IMG/VR virus record: IMGVR_UViG_3300040801_005514
Span: 1-42,406 of that record
DNA from: a virus
Reading direction: 5' to 3' (one strand)
DNA length: 42,406 nucleotides
The position numbers were made by a program, and so were the translations under genes. Shown in pieces: positions 1 to 8,299 of this stretch (within the stretch, counting starts at the first letter, position 1; each line of letters begins with the position of its first letter). Under the pieces are notes generated by a model. It searched no databases. It saw only the letters and a list, made by a program, of their open reading frames with translations, and was not told where the DNA came from.

Positions 1-117
1 CCCATGGTCGAATCCATGGGATCTGTGAGGTCTTTTGATATAGTTTACTTAGCAATAGCTTGATATAAATATATCATATCTTGTGCTATTCGCACAACTC
101 TTCTTAAAACTTCTAAA
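1..117. repeat. Terminal direct repeat, left copy (identical to 42290-42406)
   Basis: Read directly: cccatggtcgaatccatggg...cttcttaaaacttctaaa is present at both window ends. This implies circular closure or terminal redundancy. Confidence 0.95.
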
Positions 118-371
118 GTAGCCTCATTTTCAAAGTGTTTTGACACTTCTTGTACAAGTTCTTGAATCTCAGCAGTATCTAGATCTTTTAGTTCTTCTGG
201 AATGCCTGATATGCCTATAGCGGCAGAAGGAAGATCCTTAATAACAGAAGTAAAATGCTGAAGATCATCTAGAGCAAGCTTTCCATCTTCAAATGACTTG
301 ATAAGTGCCTTAATTAAACCAGCGGTAAAATTAATCACATCTTTAGTTTCTTTAATTCCTACAGTACTCAT
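45..371 (-). CDS. Hypothetical protein, 108 aa
   Basis: ORF with SD TAAGGAGG about 6 nt before the ATG, followed by the hairpin/T-tract at 42283-42309 across the junction. No motif recognised. Confidence 0.6.
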   Translation of the reverse strand: MSTVGIKETKDVINFTAGLIKALIKSFEDGKLALDDLQHFTSVIKDLPSAAIGISGIPEELKDLDTAEIQELVQEVSKHFENEATLEVLRRVVRIAQDMIYLYQAIAK

Positions 372-423
372 GTAAACCTCCTTATAAAAACAAAAAACAC
401 TATCTATATTATAGCAGAAAACT

Positions 424-750
424 TCAAATCCAACCCATAGCTTTAGATATAGCGAGAAACAAACCTCCAGAAAAAACTAAATCTCTACCTACTGCCATAT
501 AACTTGCCATTTTAACCCGTCCGGGGTCTTGCTCTAATTTTTGAATTTTTATTTCTATTTTTTCAACTTTATTCTCTAAAGATTCTATACGGTGATGATT
601 GCGAGTATCGTTTTTTTCATGTTCGTTAAAAACATTTACAAAAGAGTCAATTTTTTGTTGTAGTAATCGTAACTCTTGCCGCATGTCATCCCTTAGATTG
701 TTAAGTATATCTAAGATTATATCATGATTCTTAGTATCGTTTTGACTCAT
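424..750 (-). CDS. Coiled-coil protein with a single C-terminal transmembrane segment (possible holin or lysis accessory)
   Basis: Heptad-rich N-terminus (LRLLQQKIDSF...KVEKIEIKIQKLEQ) and a hydrophobic tail LVFSGGLFLAISKAMGWI. ATGA overlap with the upstream gene. The function is inferred only. Confidence 0.45.
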   Translation of the reverse strand: MSQNDTKNHDIILDILNNLRDDMRQELRLLQQKIDSFVNVFNEHEKNDTRNHHRIESLENKVEKIEIKIQKLEQDPGRVKMASYMAVGRDLVFSGGLFLAISKAMGWI

Positions 751-1091
751 GTTGTAAACCCCTTTTTATTTTTTATCTCTTTACGCCAATTTTCTATAAT
801 GCTTTCAGCCCATTTTCTACCCGGATCTCCGCCCCAAAGTAGCCAAGATATCTGACCACGATCATATTTCTCGTCTGGATCTTTATTCTGATTTCCTTGA
901 TGCCGGGCAAAAAAAGACGCCATTCTTAGAATAGTCGTTATAGGTATTTTTTTCCCATTAGCCAAATCTCTGGCGCGCATGATACCTACCAGCGTGCCTC
1001 CTTTTTTGTGAGGTGGTGCTTCTCTCCGCATCTCAAGACCTCTTCTTGCAGCGACTTGTACTGCAATAGGTGGACTAAAACTAGTCTCCAT
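747..1091 (-). CDS. Conserved phage protein of unknown function, 114 aa
   Basis: SD AGGAA upstream. Motif GGTLVGIMRARDL...RMASFFARH...WLLWGG looks like a recurrent phage domain that I cannot name. Confidence 0.5.
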   Translation of the reverse strand: METSFSPPIAVQVAARRGLEMRREAPPHKKGGTLVGIMRARDLANGKKIPITTILRMASFFARHQGNQNKDPDEKYDRGQISWLLWGGDPGRKWAESIIENWRKEIKNKKGFTT

Positions 1092-1103
1092 TACTATATT
1101 CCT

Positions 1104-3329
1104 CTATTCATTACACTTGATTATGTTTGGATGGCTGCTACAAAGTACATTTATCTTTTCTAACAGACTATCAATAGTTTTTTTCTGCTCTTGAATAGTC
1201 GATACAACCCCTGCAAGAATGGCTCGTGTGTCATAGTTAGTGACTTTTCCGCTACCGTCATAAGTAGCAAAAGACTTAGAAACGCTCTCTGTGTGGCGTG
1301 CACCGAAACCAAAAAAAACATGATTAGGGTCATCGTTTTCAAGTTTTGATGTGAATATTATTGGTTTTAACTCATATGTGAGTATAGGATCTATCTTCTC
1401 GCTACTAATGTTTTTCACTTCCTCAAGAGAAGTTGAACGAAATAAAACACTATTAGCATCGACGTGGAGATTAGTACTATTAGCTGTTGTTTGGTTGAAC
1501 GTATCACCAACTTCCACACGGCCATTTGCAGCTAATTGCAAAACATCGCTGCTATCATTAATGACAGTAAAAGCAGGTGCATTAATAAGCATGCTATTGT
1601 TACTAATCATTTCGATCCTTCCTAAGGAAGAGGTCATGATTAAATCATCAACAAGCGCAGCTACACGTAAGGCATTATTAGTATTAATAGTTCCAACGTA
1701 ACCAAAATTTACTGTGTTTGAATTGTTGTAAAAACTGACGTTTGAGCTGCTATCGCCTGCGTCGGTGTCACCAATAACCCTTACAGGAGTAGGGTTATTA
1801 CCTTCTAGCGTGACAGGTCCCGAAGCGTTTTCAACGCTTGTTGGCGCTGGGATCGCACTATCAAGAACAATAGTCCCGCTAGCATCAGGAAAGGTGTAAG
1901 TTCTTGTTGTTCCCGTAGTGATATTTGAGGAATCAAAAGTAGCTTCTTTTGTATTGTCGGCGTTATCAACTACCCTGAATAGATCATCTTGGAAGATGTT
2001 TGACGCTGGAATAAGTCCAGCACCTGCACCAATACTTGCGAGCTGTCCTCTCAAGTCGATAACTTGTTGGTTAAGTTGTGATTGGGCCAAGTTCTCGTAT
2101 TGTCCTCCTCCTACAGTGCGATGCCTTATAGGTAAGCGAGCTATTAGAACGCCAACGCCTCGAAACTCTTTTGGGATTGATGCAACTGCTGTGTTGTTTG
2201 GATCAGCTATTGCGTCGTTGTCATTGCCATAACTACCACTTGGTAAATTTAAAAAAAGTTTTACATCACCTGTTGTTTTATTCGCGGCTAGCCAAATTAC
2301 CCAATTAAACCTGCTTCCAGATAAAGAAACACCGCTGGAAGTTTGAAGTGCTTCTACAGAGTTTAAATCTGTTATCTTAAAATATGGTGTAGTTGGGTGA
2401 TTTACAATATATATTCCATTTGTATTCACACTTAAAGCAGGAATACTTTGTAAATGTTTTTGCCAAGCAGATCCTACAGTAGTTTCAAAGTTCACCTCGT
2501 CTGGTGCTGACACTGTATCTATAGTAACTGTTTGATCCATTCCACTTTCATAACTTGCAGGGAGTATACGTATTCGTTCATTTGTCCGCTGAACTGAACT
2601 TCTCCCATCGAAGGATTCGGAATCTGTATAGCGCTGGATAGCATACACACCTTCTGTAAGAAAAGTCGTAGAATCCGGAACTAAAACCTTACCAACATAG
2701 GCAAATTCTCCGGTTGGTCGTGAAGTTGCTGCCACTAGTTCAAGATTGCCTGCATTCAATACGACGTAAACAAAGTTTTGTTGCGGACTAGACGCGCTAG
2801 CTCCTTCTATAAGTTGAACTCTCGCTGTCCCTCCAACACCGCCTCCCGTCGTACAATCAAGCACATATTCTGTCTCGCCAAAAATGTACGTGATATCTCC
2901 ACCTCCTATCGCCCCTACGTCCAAGAAAAGATCTCCACCACTTTCAACTATAGTGAATTCTTGGCGCTCTAAAGATAGTCCGTTTTGTAGTGGAGAAATG
3001 ACTTGGATAGTATCTACTACATCATCAACATACTTTTTAGGGGCAATGTGATTGTCCGCTGTTGGTGCTATATAGGAACCTGATAAAACACCAAAACCGT
3101 TAGCCGAACCTATCCATTCTGAACCGTTCCAGTTTAAAAGTTGATCTATAATAGTGCCATCTGGAAGAGAGCTCCCACCGCCGCCCGGTGTTATACATCC
3201 CCATGATCCATCAGCCTCTTTTACAGGGACCTCGCCTGTATTACATTCGCCAGGCAAGCCTATGGCTGTCGACTGTGCATAGGTACTACATCCATGGAGA
3301 ATTAGCCATAGAACTATTAATTTTATCAT
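1104..3329 (-). CDS. Tail fibre/spike with a C-terminal intramolecular chaperone (peptidase S74-like) domain and a signal-peptide-like N-terminus
   Basis: C-terminus STSLEEVKNI...FGFGARHTESV...YDTRAILAGVVSTIQEQKKTIDSLLEKI matches the S74 pattern (Ser-x5-Lys, G-x-x-A, coiled end). The motif HIAPKKYVDD is typical of fibre shafts. The N-terminus is MIKLIVLWLILHGC. Confidence 0.75.
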   Translation of the reverse strand: MIKLIVLWLILHGCSTYAQSTAIGLPGECNTGEVPVKEADGSWGCITPGGGGSSLPDGTIIDQLLNWNGSEWIGSANGFGVLSGSYIAPTADNHIAPKKYVDDVVDTIQVISPLQNGLSLERQEFTIVESGGDLFLDVGAIGGGDITYIFGETEYVLDCTTGGGVGGTARVQLIEGASASSPQQNFVYVVLNAGNLELVAATSRPTGEFAYVGKVLVPDSTTFLTEGVYAIQRYTDSESFDGRSSVQRTNERIRILPASYESGMDQTVTIDTVSAPDEVNFETTVGSAWQKHLQSIPALSVNTNGIYIVNHPTTPYFKITDLNSVEALQTSSGVSLSGSRFNWVIWLAANKTTGDVKLFLNLPSGSYGNDNDAIADPNNTAVASIPKEFRGVGVLIARLPIRHRTVGGGQYENLAQSQLNQQVIDLRGQLASIGAGAGLIPASNIFQDDLFRVVDNADNTKEATFDSSNITTGTTRTYTFPDASGTIVLDSAIPAPTSVENASGPVTLEGNNPTPVRVIGDTDAGDSSSNVSFYNNSNTVNFGYVGTINTNNALRVAALVDDLIMTSSLGRIEMISNNSMLINAPAFTVINDSSDVLQLAANGRVEVGDTFNQTTANSTNLHVDANSVLFRSTSLEEVKNISSEKIDPILTYELKPIIFTSKLENDDPNHVFFGFGARHTESVSKSFATYDGSGKVTNYDTRAILAGVVSTIQEQKKTIDSLLEKINVLCSSHPNIIKCNE

Positions 3330-3346
3330 ATTAATTTTCCTTATTT

Positions 3347-3634
3347 TTAGTAAATATTTACAAAAACATCTACAGTACTAGATTGGCACCTACCCCACAA
3401 TTGCCCTTTCCTTGTTATGTACGGCTTCTTAAAGGTACTAGATACTAGTCCTTGGTTAACAATAATCTCTGGAATATCCGTGGAGCTGGGGTTTGTTTCG
3501 CCGAAATACCAAACAAACTCAAGTTTTTGAGAGCCATTTGATTGGATTTCTAGATTATCTTTTTGATAAATCTCATTAGTAAAATCAGCAATAAGTGTAT
3601 ATGTTGTTCCTATAGTAGCAGAAAAAGCTTTCAT
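3347..3634 (-). CDS. Hypothetical small beta-rich protein (possible fibre accessory)
   Basis: Strong SD TTAAGGAGG 5 nt before the ATG. It has its own extended -10 promoter upstream. No motif recognised. Confidence 0.5.
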   Translation of the reverse strand: MKAFSATIGTTYTLIADFTNEIYQKDNLEIQSNGSQKLEFVWYFGETNPSSTDIPEIIVNQGLVSSTFKKPYITRKGQLWGRCQSSTVDVFVNIY

Positions 3635-3664
3635 GATACCTCCTTAATTTAAGACGTTATATTT

Positions 3665-3673
3665 ATTATACCA
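3665..3673 (-). promoter_or_regulatory. Extended -10 promoter element TGgTATAAT for the 3347..3634 and 1104..3329 genes
   Basis: The minus strand reads ttttTGgTATAATaaatataacg about 30 nt upstream of the ATG at 3634, directly after two terminator hairpins. Confidence 0.45.
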
Positions 3674-3784
3674 AAAAAAATAAAAATTAGATTTTTGTTC
3701 ATAATTATTAATAATAAATGATATTTATTTGCTTATTTTTAGGCTAATTTGACACAAATAAAAAACTTTGATATTGTAGTGAAC

Positions 3785-3810
3785 AACCAAAAGAGAGTAT
3801 CCCTACTCTC
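3785..3810 (-). terminator. Rho-independent terminator (GAGAGTA-GGGA-TACTCTC followed by TTTTGGTT)
   Basis: 7-bp perfect stem at 3793-3799/3804-3810 with a 4-nt loop and a T-run on the minus strand. Confidence 0.55.
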
Positions 3811-3836
3811 AGTGAGACTTTGCTAAATTTTTAAGT

Positions 3837-3860
3837 ACCTCTAAAAAGAGGTGCTTTTTT
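3837..3860. terminator. Hairpin ACCTCT-AAAA-AGAGGT abutting the stop codon of 3859..5145, with the clean T6 tract on the plus strand
   Basis: 6-bp stem at 3837-3842/3847-3852. Plus-strand gcTTTTTT follows it, while the minus-strand trailer is only ACTTAAAAATTT. This may be a bidirectional terminator or an antisense stop. Confidence 0.4.
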
Positions 3861-5145
3861 ATAACAAGGATGGGTCAATTTCTTCTCCCATAATAGTAAC
3901 TTTACCAGTCGTATTCTTACCTACAATAGCATCTCCGGGGTTTAGGATAACAACGCCTGAGCTTCTACACCAAGTTACATTAGAAAAAGTATTAGCTCCT
4001 AAATCTTGCAGGGCACGTAGGGGAGATAAATTTTGCTCCACTCCGCCTTTCCTTACTACAACATTACCGCCGCTCAAGCTATTTGTAAAAGCTATAACTT
4101 TAGCAATTCGATTAGCAGGAACTGTGTATAAAGCGCTGTTGCTATTATTGTCTTCATAAAAAAGACCTATGTCAGAATACACACTATTCACTGTAGAGTA
4201 CTCGTAAGCGGTTGCAGAGGCATTAAAAATACCAGAACCTACAAACCTTTGTGATACAATAGACTCACCGGCTTTAAGCACAATTGTGTCTATAAAAGAA
4301 GGATCACTATTAATAGCGTTACCATCAATGTTTGCTACTGATGCATAAAAATTACTGTTTGTGATTACAGCAGCATCACCGCTTCCTCCTACTCTTCGTA
4401 AAAGAAGTCTATCTACATTTGATAATCTTCTTGCATTCAGATTAATTATTGCGTATCTTCCTGAAGGCACAGTATAAAGTGTATTAAATCCAATAACTGT
4501 ATTAGGAGTGTGAAAAGCGTTAACTACACTAAGAAGCTGCTCTTTTATGAGGTAGTCAAAAACAGGAGCATTGAGATTCTGTCTTTTTCTTCCTATAATA
4601 GTTGCTGCAGGAGTAGTAGTATATATGCCGCCCCCATTTCTTTGAAGTAGGTCTCCTTGTACGCCGCCAGCGGTACTACAATCTGTGAGACCGTTTAAAG
4701 TTGTTGCGCCACTAGACAATCCAGTTAGTTGAGAACCATCAACGGCAGGAAGAGAAGCATTCCCTCCAACATCCTCTAGCTCTATAAGATCACCAATATC
4801 AGTACCTACAGGTCGCCAGCTACGCACTCCTACATCGGTAGATGATAGTATAGATCCGCTTTCAGCAGGGTTACCTAAATCATCTTCTTTAGTTGCTACA
4901 ACCCCTGTAAGCGCTGTAACATCACTATCAAGTTGATCAGCTGCACTTTCAAGCCACGCTACCCACTCCCCTGTAACAAAATTGTTCCAATTAGTATAGT
5001 TCAGAATTGGCTTTTCGCCCTTGGTTGTGGAAGGTACAAGTTCCCAGCCTGTTTCTTTTTTAACTGTGGGAGGTTCTAATTTGATTGCACCTGCATCGGT
5101 GGCCCACTCTGGTTTACTTACAGTAGGTTTACTTGGTAAAGTCAT
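3859..5145 (-). CDS. Tail fibre / receptor-binding protein, 428 aa
   Basis: N-terminus PEWATDAGAIKLEPP...LNYTNWNNFVTGEWVAWLES is typical of a fibre N-terminal attachment region. It sits immediately downstream of the baseplate genes. SD AGGAG. Confidence 0.65.
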   Translation of the reverse strand: MTLPSKPTVSKPEWATDAGAIKLEPPTVKKETGWELVPSTTKGEKPILNYTNWNNFVTGEWVAWLESAADQLDSDVTALTGVVATKEDDLGNPAESGSILSSTDVGVRSWRPVGTDIGDLIELEDVGGNASLPAVDGSQLTGLSSGATTLNGLTDCSTAGGVQGDLLQRNGGGIYTTTPAATIIGRKRQNLNAPVFDYLIKEQLLSVVNAFHTPNTVIGFNTLYTVPSGRYAIINLNARRLSNVDRLLLRRVGGSGDAAVITNSNFYASVANIDGNAINSDPSFIDTIVLKAGESIVSQRFVGSGIFNASATAYEYSTVNSVYSDIGLFYEDNNSNSALYTVPANRIAKVIAFTNSLSGGNVVVRKGGVEQNLSPLRALQDLGANTFSNVTWCRSSGVVILNPGDAIVGKNTTGKVTIMGEEIDPSLL

Positions 5146-5161
5146 GTTTATTTACTCCTAT

Positions 5162-5743
5162 CTAAATTAATATGCTGTAAAAACCACCACTACTATCAGT
5201 TAACGTAGCAAATCCTTCAGCATCAGGATCATTAGCAAATCCAAAATATTCTACTGGACTTATAATAAGTAAATCGGAAAGTTTTATTGTACTTTCTAAC
5301 GCTCTTACAATAGCATTCCTAAGTTCTGTTCCTGATATTGTGGTAAAATCTGTCTGTATATCAACACCAATAGCCCTTGGTGGTTGCTCTATTAATCTGA
5401 TACTTATAGCTTGGGTAAGTAGACTGATTATCTGTAGTATCTGATCAGGTTTGCCCGAACTTGTATACGAGAGTATCTGTGCAAGAATCTTATCGCGGAA
5501 GGTAGTATCGCCCAACCCTCCTCGCTCCACATCAAAATTAAAGCCCCATCGATCTAAAGTTTGTCCAGTAGCATTTTGGAGAGGAAGCAATAAATAAAAA
5601 TCTTGTGTAGCTTCTTCTATTTTTTGAATCTCAATCATTGCGCCTTGGATAAGATCTTTTACATCTGATTCTTTGTATTGCGTAATGAAGTCAGCATTAG
5701 CTTGTTGTTCATAATCTGTAATTTTTATTGGTCTTATGGGCAT
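5162..5743 (-). CDS. Baseplate wedge / fibre-adaptor protein (P2 gpI or DUF2612-like position)
   Basis: 193 aa directly after the Baseplate-J-like gene, as in Mu/P2-type baseplates. SD AGAGGTG. The call rests on synteny. Confidence 0.45.
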   Translation of the reverse strand: MPIRPIKITDYEQQANADFITQYKESDVKDLIQGAMIEIQKIEEATQDFYLLLPLQNATGQTLDRWGFNFDVERGGLGDTTFRDKILAQILSYTSSGKPDQILQIISLLTQAISIRLIEQPPRAIGVDIQTDFTTISGTELRNAIVRALESTIKLSDLLIISPVEYFGFANDPDAEGFATLTDSSGGFYSILI

Positions 5744-5755
5744 AAATTCACCTCT

Positions 5756-6937
5756 TTAGCTACTTACAATAATATTTGCAGAATCAAAATTTGCTTTTTC
5801 ATTGAAATCGATATTAATATTTGCAGTATCAGTAGGCCCAGGAGGGGCGCCCTCTGCAAGAGTTAGGATAATACCTATAACCCCTGAAACTTCTGAAATA
5901 ACCTGATCAACTCTGTTTTTTATCACATCTCGACCTATGGAAAGCGTATCGCCATAAGATAATATCTGTGCTACTACTTGATCATCTCCATCGGCTGGAT
6001 AAAGAGGACCTTCACCTGGATCAGTGTTCCCAACAATCGTTACAGAGAAGTATATCTCTATTAATGCAGGGCGAGAAAATTCAATAGTTTGAGAAAAACC
6101 TTGTGAGTCTTTGATAACTTGAGATATATCTCCATGAGTTTGAGCTCCTGCTCCTTTTGCTTCCCAGATAGTCTGCGCAATAAGCTCATTGTTTGCAGTA
6201 TCGCCGCCATCATCTATATACGCTCCAAAAGAATGAGGAGGTCTTCCATCAACGACAATGTCCTCTCTGTTCTCTATCACAAAAGAGTCGATCACTGGAT
6301 CAAGCGCAAGTAATGCGCTTCTTATACCTTCCACAGAGCTTGTACCAGGTACTTGCAGTTGAAGAAATCGTCTAGCCCTCAATTCTACATCGGTCTCAAT
6401 GTCACGACCTTCTTCAGCATCAGATGCGTTCGTAACAGTGTCTACACCAGTCTGCGGATTGTCAATTACGGTGATAGTTCCTGAAAGTGCTGTAATTGCT
6501 CCTGATTGAACAGAAGCCGATTCTAGGTCTAAAGAACCTCCGCTTATCGTTCCAGACTCTGTAGTGGCGAACTGCCGATCCGGAAAATTTTCTACAGAGC
6601 ATAAAAATCCCGTATTAATCACTGTTCCATCATCGCCACTAAAAGTAAGTGTCACTGTAGACGCTGTGGCAGGTAATCTAGTAATGGCATTATTAGCAGC
6701 AACATTATCCAAACTAGCGTCAAAAGCAGTGTCGGCATAATTTGCATTATAGACCCCTTCCAGACCATCCCAGAGAGAAGCGAGCTTATCTGCGTATATA
6801 CCTATAATTTGGCCAAAAGGACCACGCGCATCTAAATTGATATTGTCTCCGAAAGCTGATTTAAAATTATTTTCAAGCTCTATAATTAGCTCAGCTCGCG
6901 TGGGTTTTACGAAACCTGCACTTTCAATTCCTGCCAT
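5756..6937 (-). CDS. Baseplate J-like wedge protein
   Basis: 393 aa with NAITRLPATASTVTLTFSG and RDIETDVELRARR motifs typical of Baseplate_J (Mu gp47 / P2 gpJ). Synteny fits. Confidence 0.7.
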   Translation of the reverse strand: MAGIESAGFVKPTRAELIIELENNFKSAFGDNINLDARGPFGQIIGIYADKLASLWDGLEGVYNANYADTAFDASLDNVAANNAITRLPATASTVTLTFSGDDGTVINTGFLCSVENFPDRQFATTESGTISGGSLDLESASVQSGAITALSGTITVIDNPQTGVDTVTNASDAEEGRDIETDVELRARRFLQLQVPGTSSVEGIRSALLALDPVIDSFVIENREDIVVDGRPPHSFGAYIDDGGDTANNELIAQTIWEAKGAGAQTHGDISQVIKDSQGFSQTIEFSRPALIEIYFSVTIVGNTDPGEGPLYPADGDDQVVAQILSYGDTLSIGRDVIKNRVDQVISEVSGVIGIILTLAEGAPPGPTDTANINIDFNEKANFDSANIIVSS

Positions 6938-6953
6938 TTTTATCCCTCATTTT

Positions 6954-7313
6954 TTAAAAAGATAAGTCTATAGTTTGCTCACCCGAGCCATAAATACTCA
7001 CTAAAGTAAAAGAAACTGTTAATTCTCTTGTACTAGTGTCTGCTAAAAATTCAATATTATCAACGCTTAGATTACCTGGTACAGTTTTTATTTGGTTAAC
7101 AAATATACTACGCAATGCGCTTCTCTCTAATAATTTATCAAATATTTTGTCAAAATAAGGCACTCCAATATTCGCATTTAAAAACCACTCGCCACGAAAA
7201 GTAGCTAGCGCGTTGCGTACCGCTTGTAGATATTCGTCTAAATTATTTACTAGTCCAAGTTGGCCATTTTGTATTATTAAGTTGTTACTATTATCTAAAG
7301 CTATATTCCTCAT
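6954..7313 (-). CDS. Small baseplate wedge protein (gp25/W or XkdS-like position)
   Basis: 119 aa immediately upstream of the J-like gene. ATGA overlap with the preceding ORF. Confidence 0.45.
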   Translation of the reverse strand: MRNIALDNSNNLIIQNGQLGLVNNLDEYLQAVRNALATFRGEWFLNANIGVPYFDKIFDKLLERSALRSIFVNQIKTVPGNLSVDNIEFLADTSTRELTVSFTLVSIYGSGEQTIDLSF

Positions 7314-7543
7314 GATACCGTTCCTGTTCCTGTTGCAGCCCCAGTAACACCACCGCTAGGAGCAACTAACCCAGCACCAGGAACGTTAGTAGTTACTACT
7401 GCGGATGATGTTATATGTTCAACAATAGCCTCTGATATAGCAATTAATACATCGTCTTTTAACCCACTGTCGACCACAGGAAAACCAGCGTCAACAAGCT
7501 TTTGAGAAATGAGATTTGCTAATGTTAATGAGTTTAAAGCCAC
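7310..7543 (-). CDS. Hypothetical baseplate-region protein, 77 aa, with a Gly/Thr-rich C-terminus
   Basis: Tightly packed ORF between the spike and wedge genes. Confidence 0.4.
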   Translation of the reverse strand: MALNSLTLANLISQKLVDAGFPVVDSGLKDDVLIAISEAIVEHITSSAVVTTNVPGAGLVAPSGGVTGAATGTGTVS

Positions 7544-7546
7544 AAT

Positions 7547-8269
7547 CTATTCTCCTTTTATTGTTGTACTAAGAGTATCATTTAAAGCATTTTTTATAAT
7601 ATTAAATTCAGTGGCGCGAGTAGGGTTAGGAGCTGTAGGTGAACCAGGAGAGGTAGTTAGCGTATGATCTCCTGCAATAAGAATATCTAGAATTTCTTCT
7701 AATTTTAATTTAAGTTGATTACCAAGGACAAACGGCTCCGTGACCGTACTTCCTTCTGATCCTAGGAATATATCGCCATCATCAGCTATTCTTAACTCTT
7801 TTCCTTTAAAATGTAATACAAGAGCATCGCCATGGATAGTGCTTGGTAGACGAGCATTATCTGGACTCGCTCCTGGTATACAGTACACATCAGAGAGGTC
7901 GAATTTTCTTGGTATGGCTGGATTCGCTTGAATGTTGCCTTGAGGGCGCCAACCATCTAAACTGCGCTCAGCTACTACTACCCAAACATAATCATCTTTT
8001 TGTAAGGGAAAATATAAAGCAGCCTCGGATGATGATGGATATATCACAGGCACACTAGGTAGTAGTGGTATGTTGGCAAATTCAGGCGTTTGTGTATTTC
8101 TCTTTTTTCTTTTTATTACTGGAATAATATCAGCTTCTTGCAGCTCTGAATCAAAACTTTGAACTTTTGCGGGAAACCCTGTATGAACGTCAATAAGCTT
8201 GGACTCAATAATATTGTTTATAGAATCTGCTAAACTCTGTGTTGGTGTATTTGCACGCTCTATTGTCAT
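7547..8269 (-). CDS. Central baseplate spike (Gp138 N-terminal / gpV-like)
   Basis: HTGFPAKVQSFD...ADIIPVIKR...IPLLPSVPVIYP...KDDYVWVVVAERSLDGW resembles the OB-fold N-domain of phage spike proteins. SD AAGGAGAA. Confidence 0.55.
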   Translation of the reverse strand: MTIERANTPTQSLADSINNIIESKLIDVHTGFPAKVQSFDSELQEADIIPVIKRKKRNTQTPEFANIPLLPSVPVIYPSSSEAALYFPLQKDDYVWVVVAERSLDGWRPQGNIQANPAIPRKFDLSDVYCIPGASPDNARLPSTIHGDALVLHFKGKELRIADDGDIFLGSEGSTVTEPFVLGNQLKLKLEEILDILIAGDHTLTTSPGSPTAPNPTRATEFNIIKNALNDTLSTTIKGE

Positions 8270-8299
8270 CGGTGTTTTCTCCTTGCATATATAGTAACA

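Noticed and set aside
1-20. The hairpin cccatGGTCGAATCCatggg looked like a tRNA T-arm, or an attP overlapping a tRNA 3' end
   Set aside because: The loop is 6 nt with a 7-bp stem (a T-arm has a 5-bp stem and 7-nt loop). No acceptor, D or anticodon arms are nearby. On the minus strand it is followed by a T6 run and fits an intrinsic terminator.
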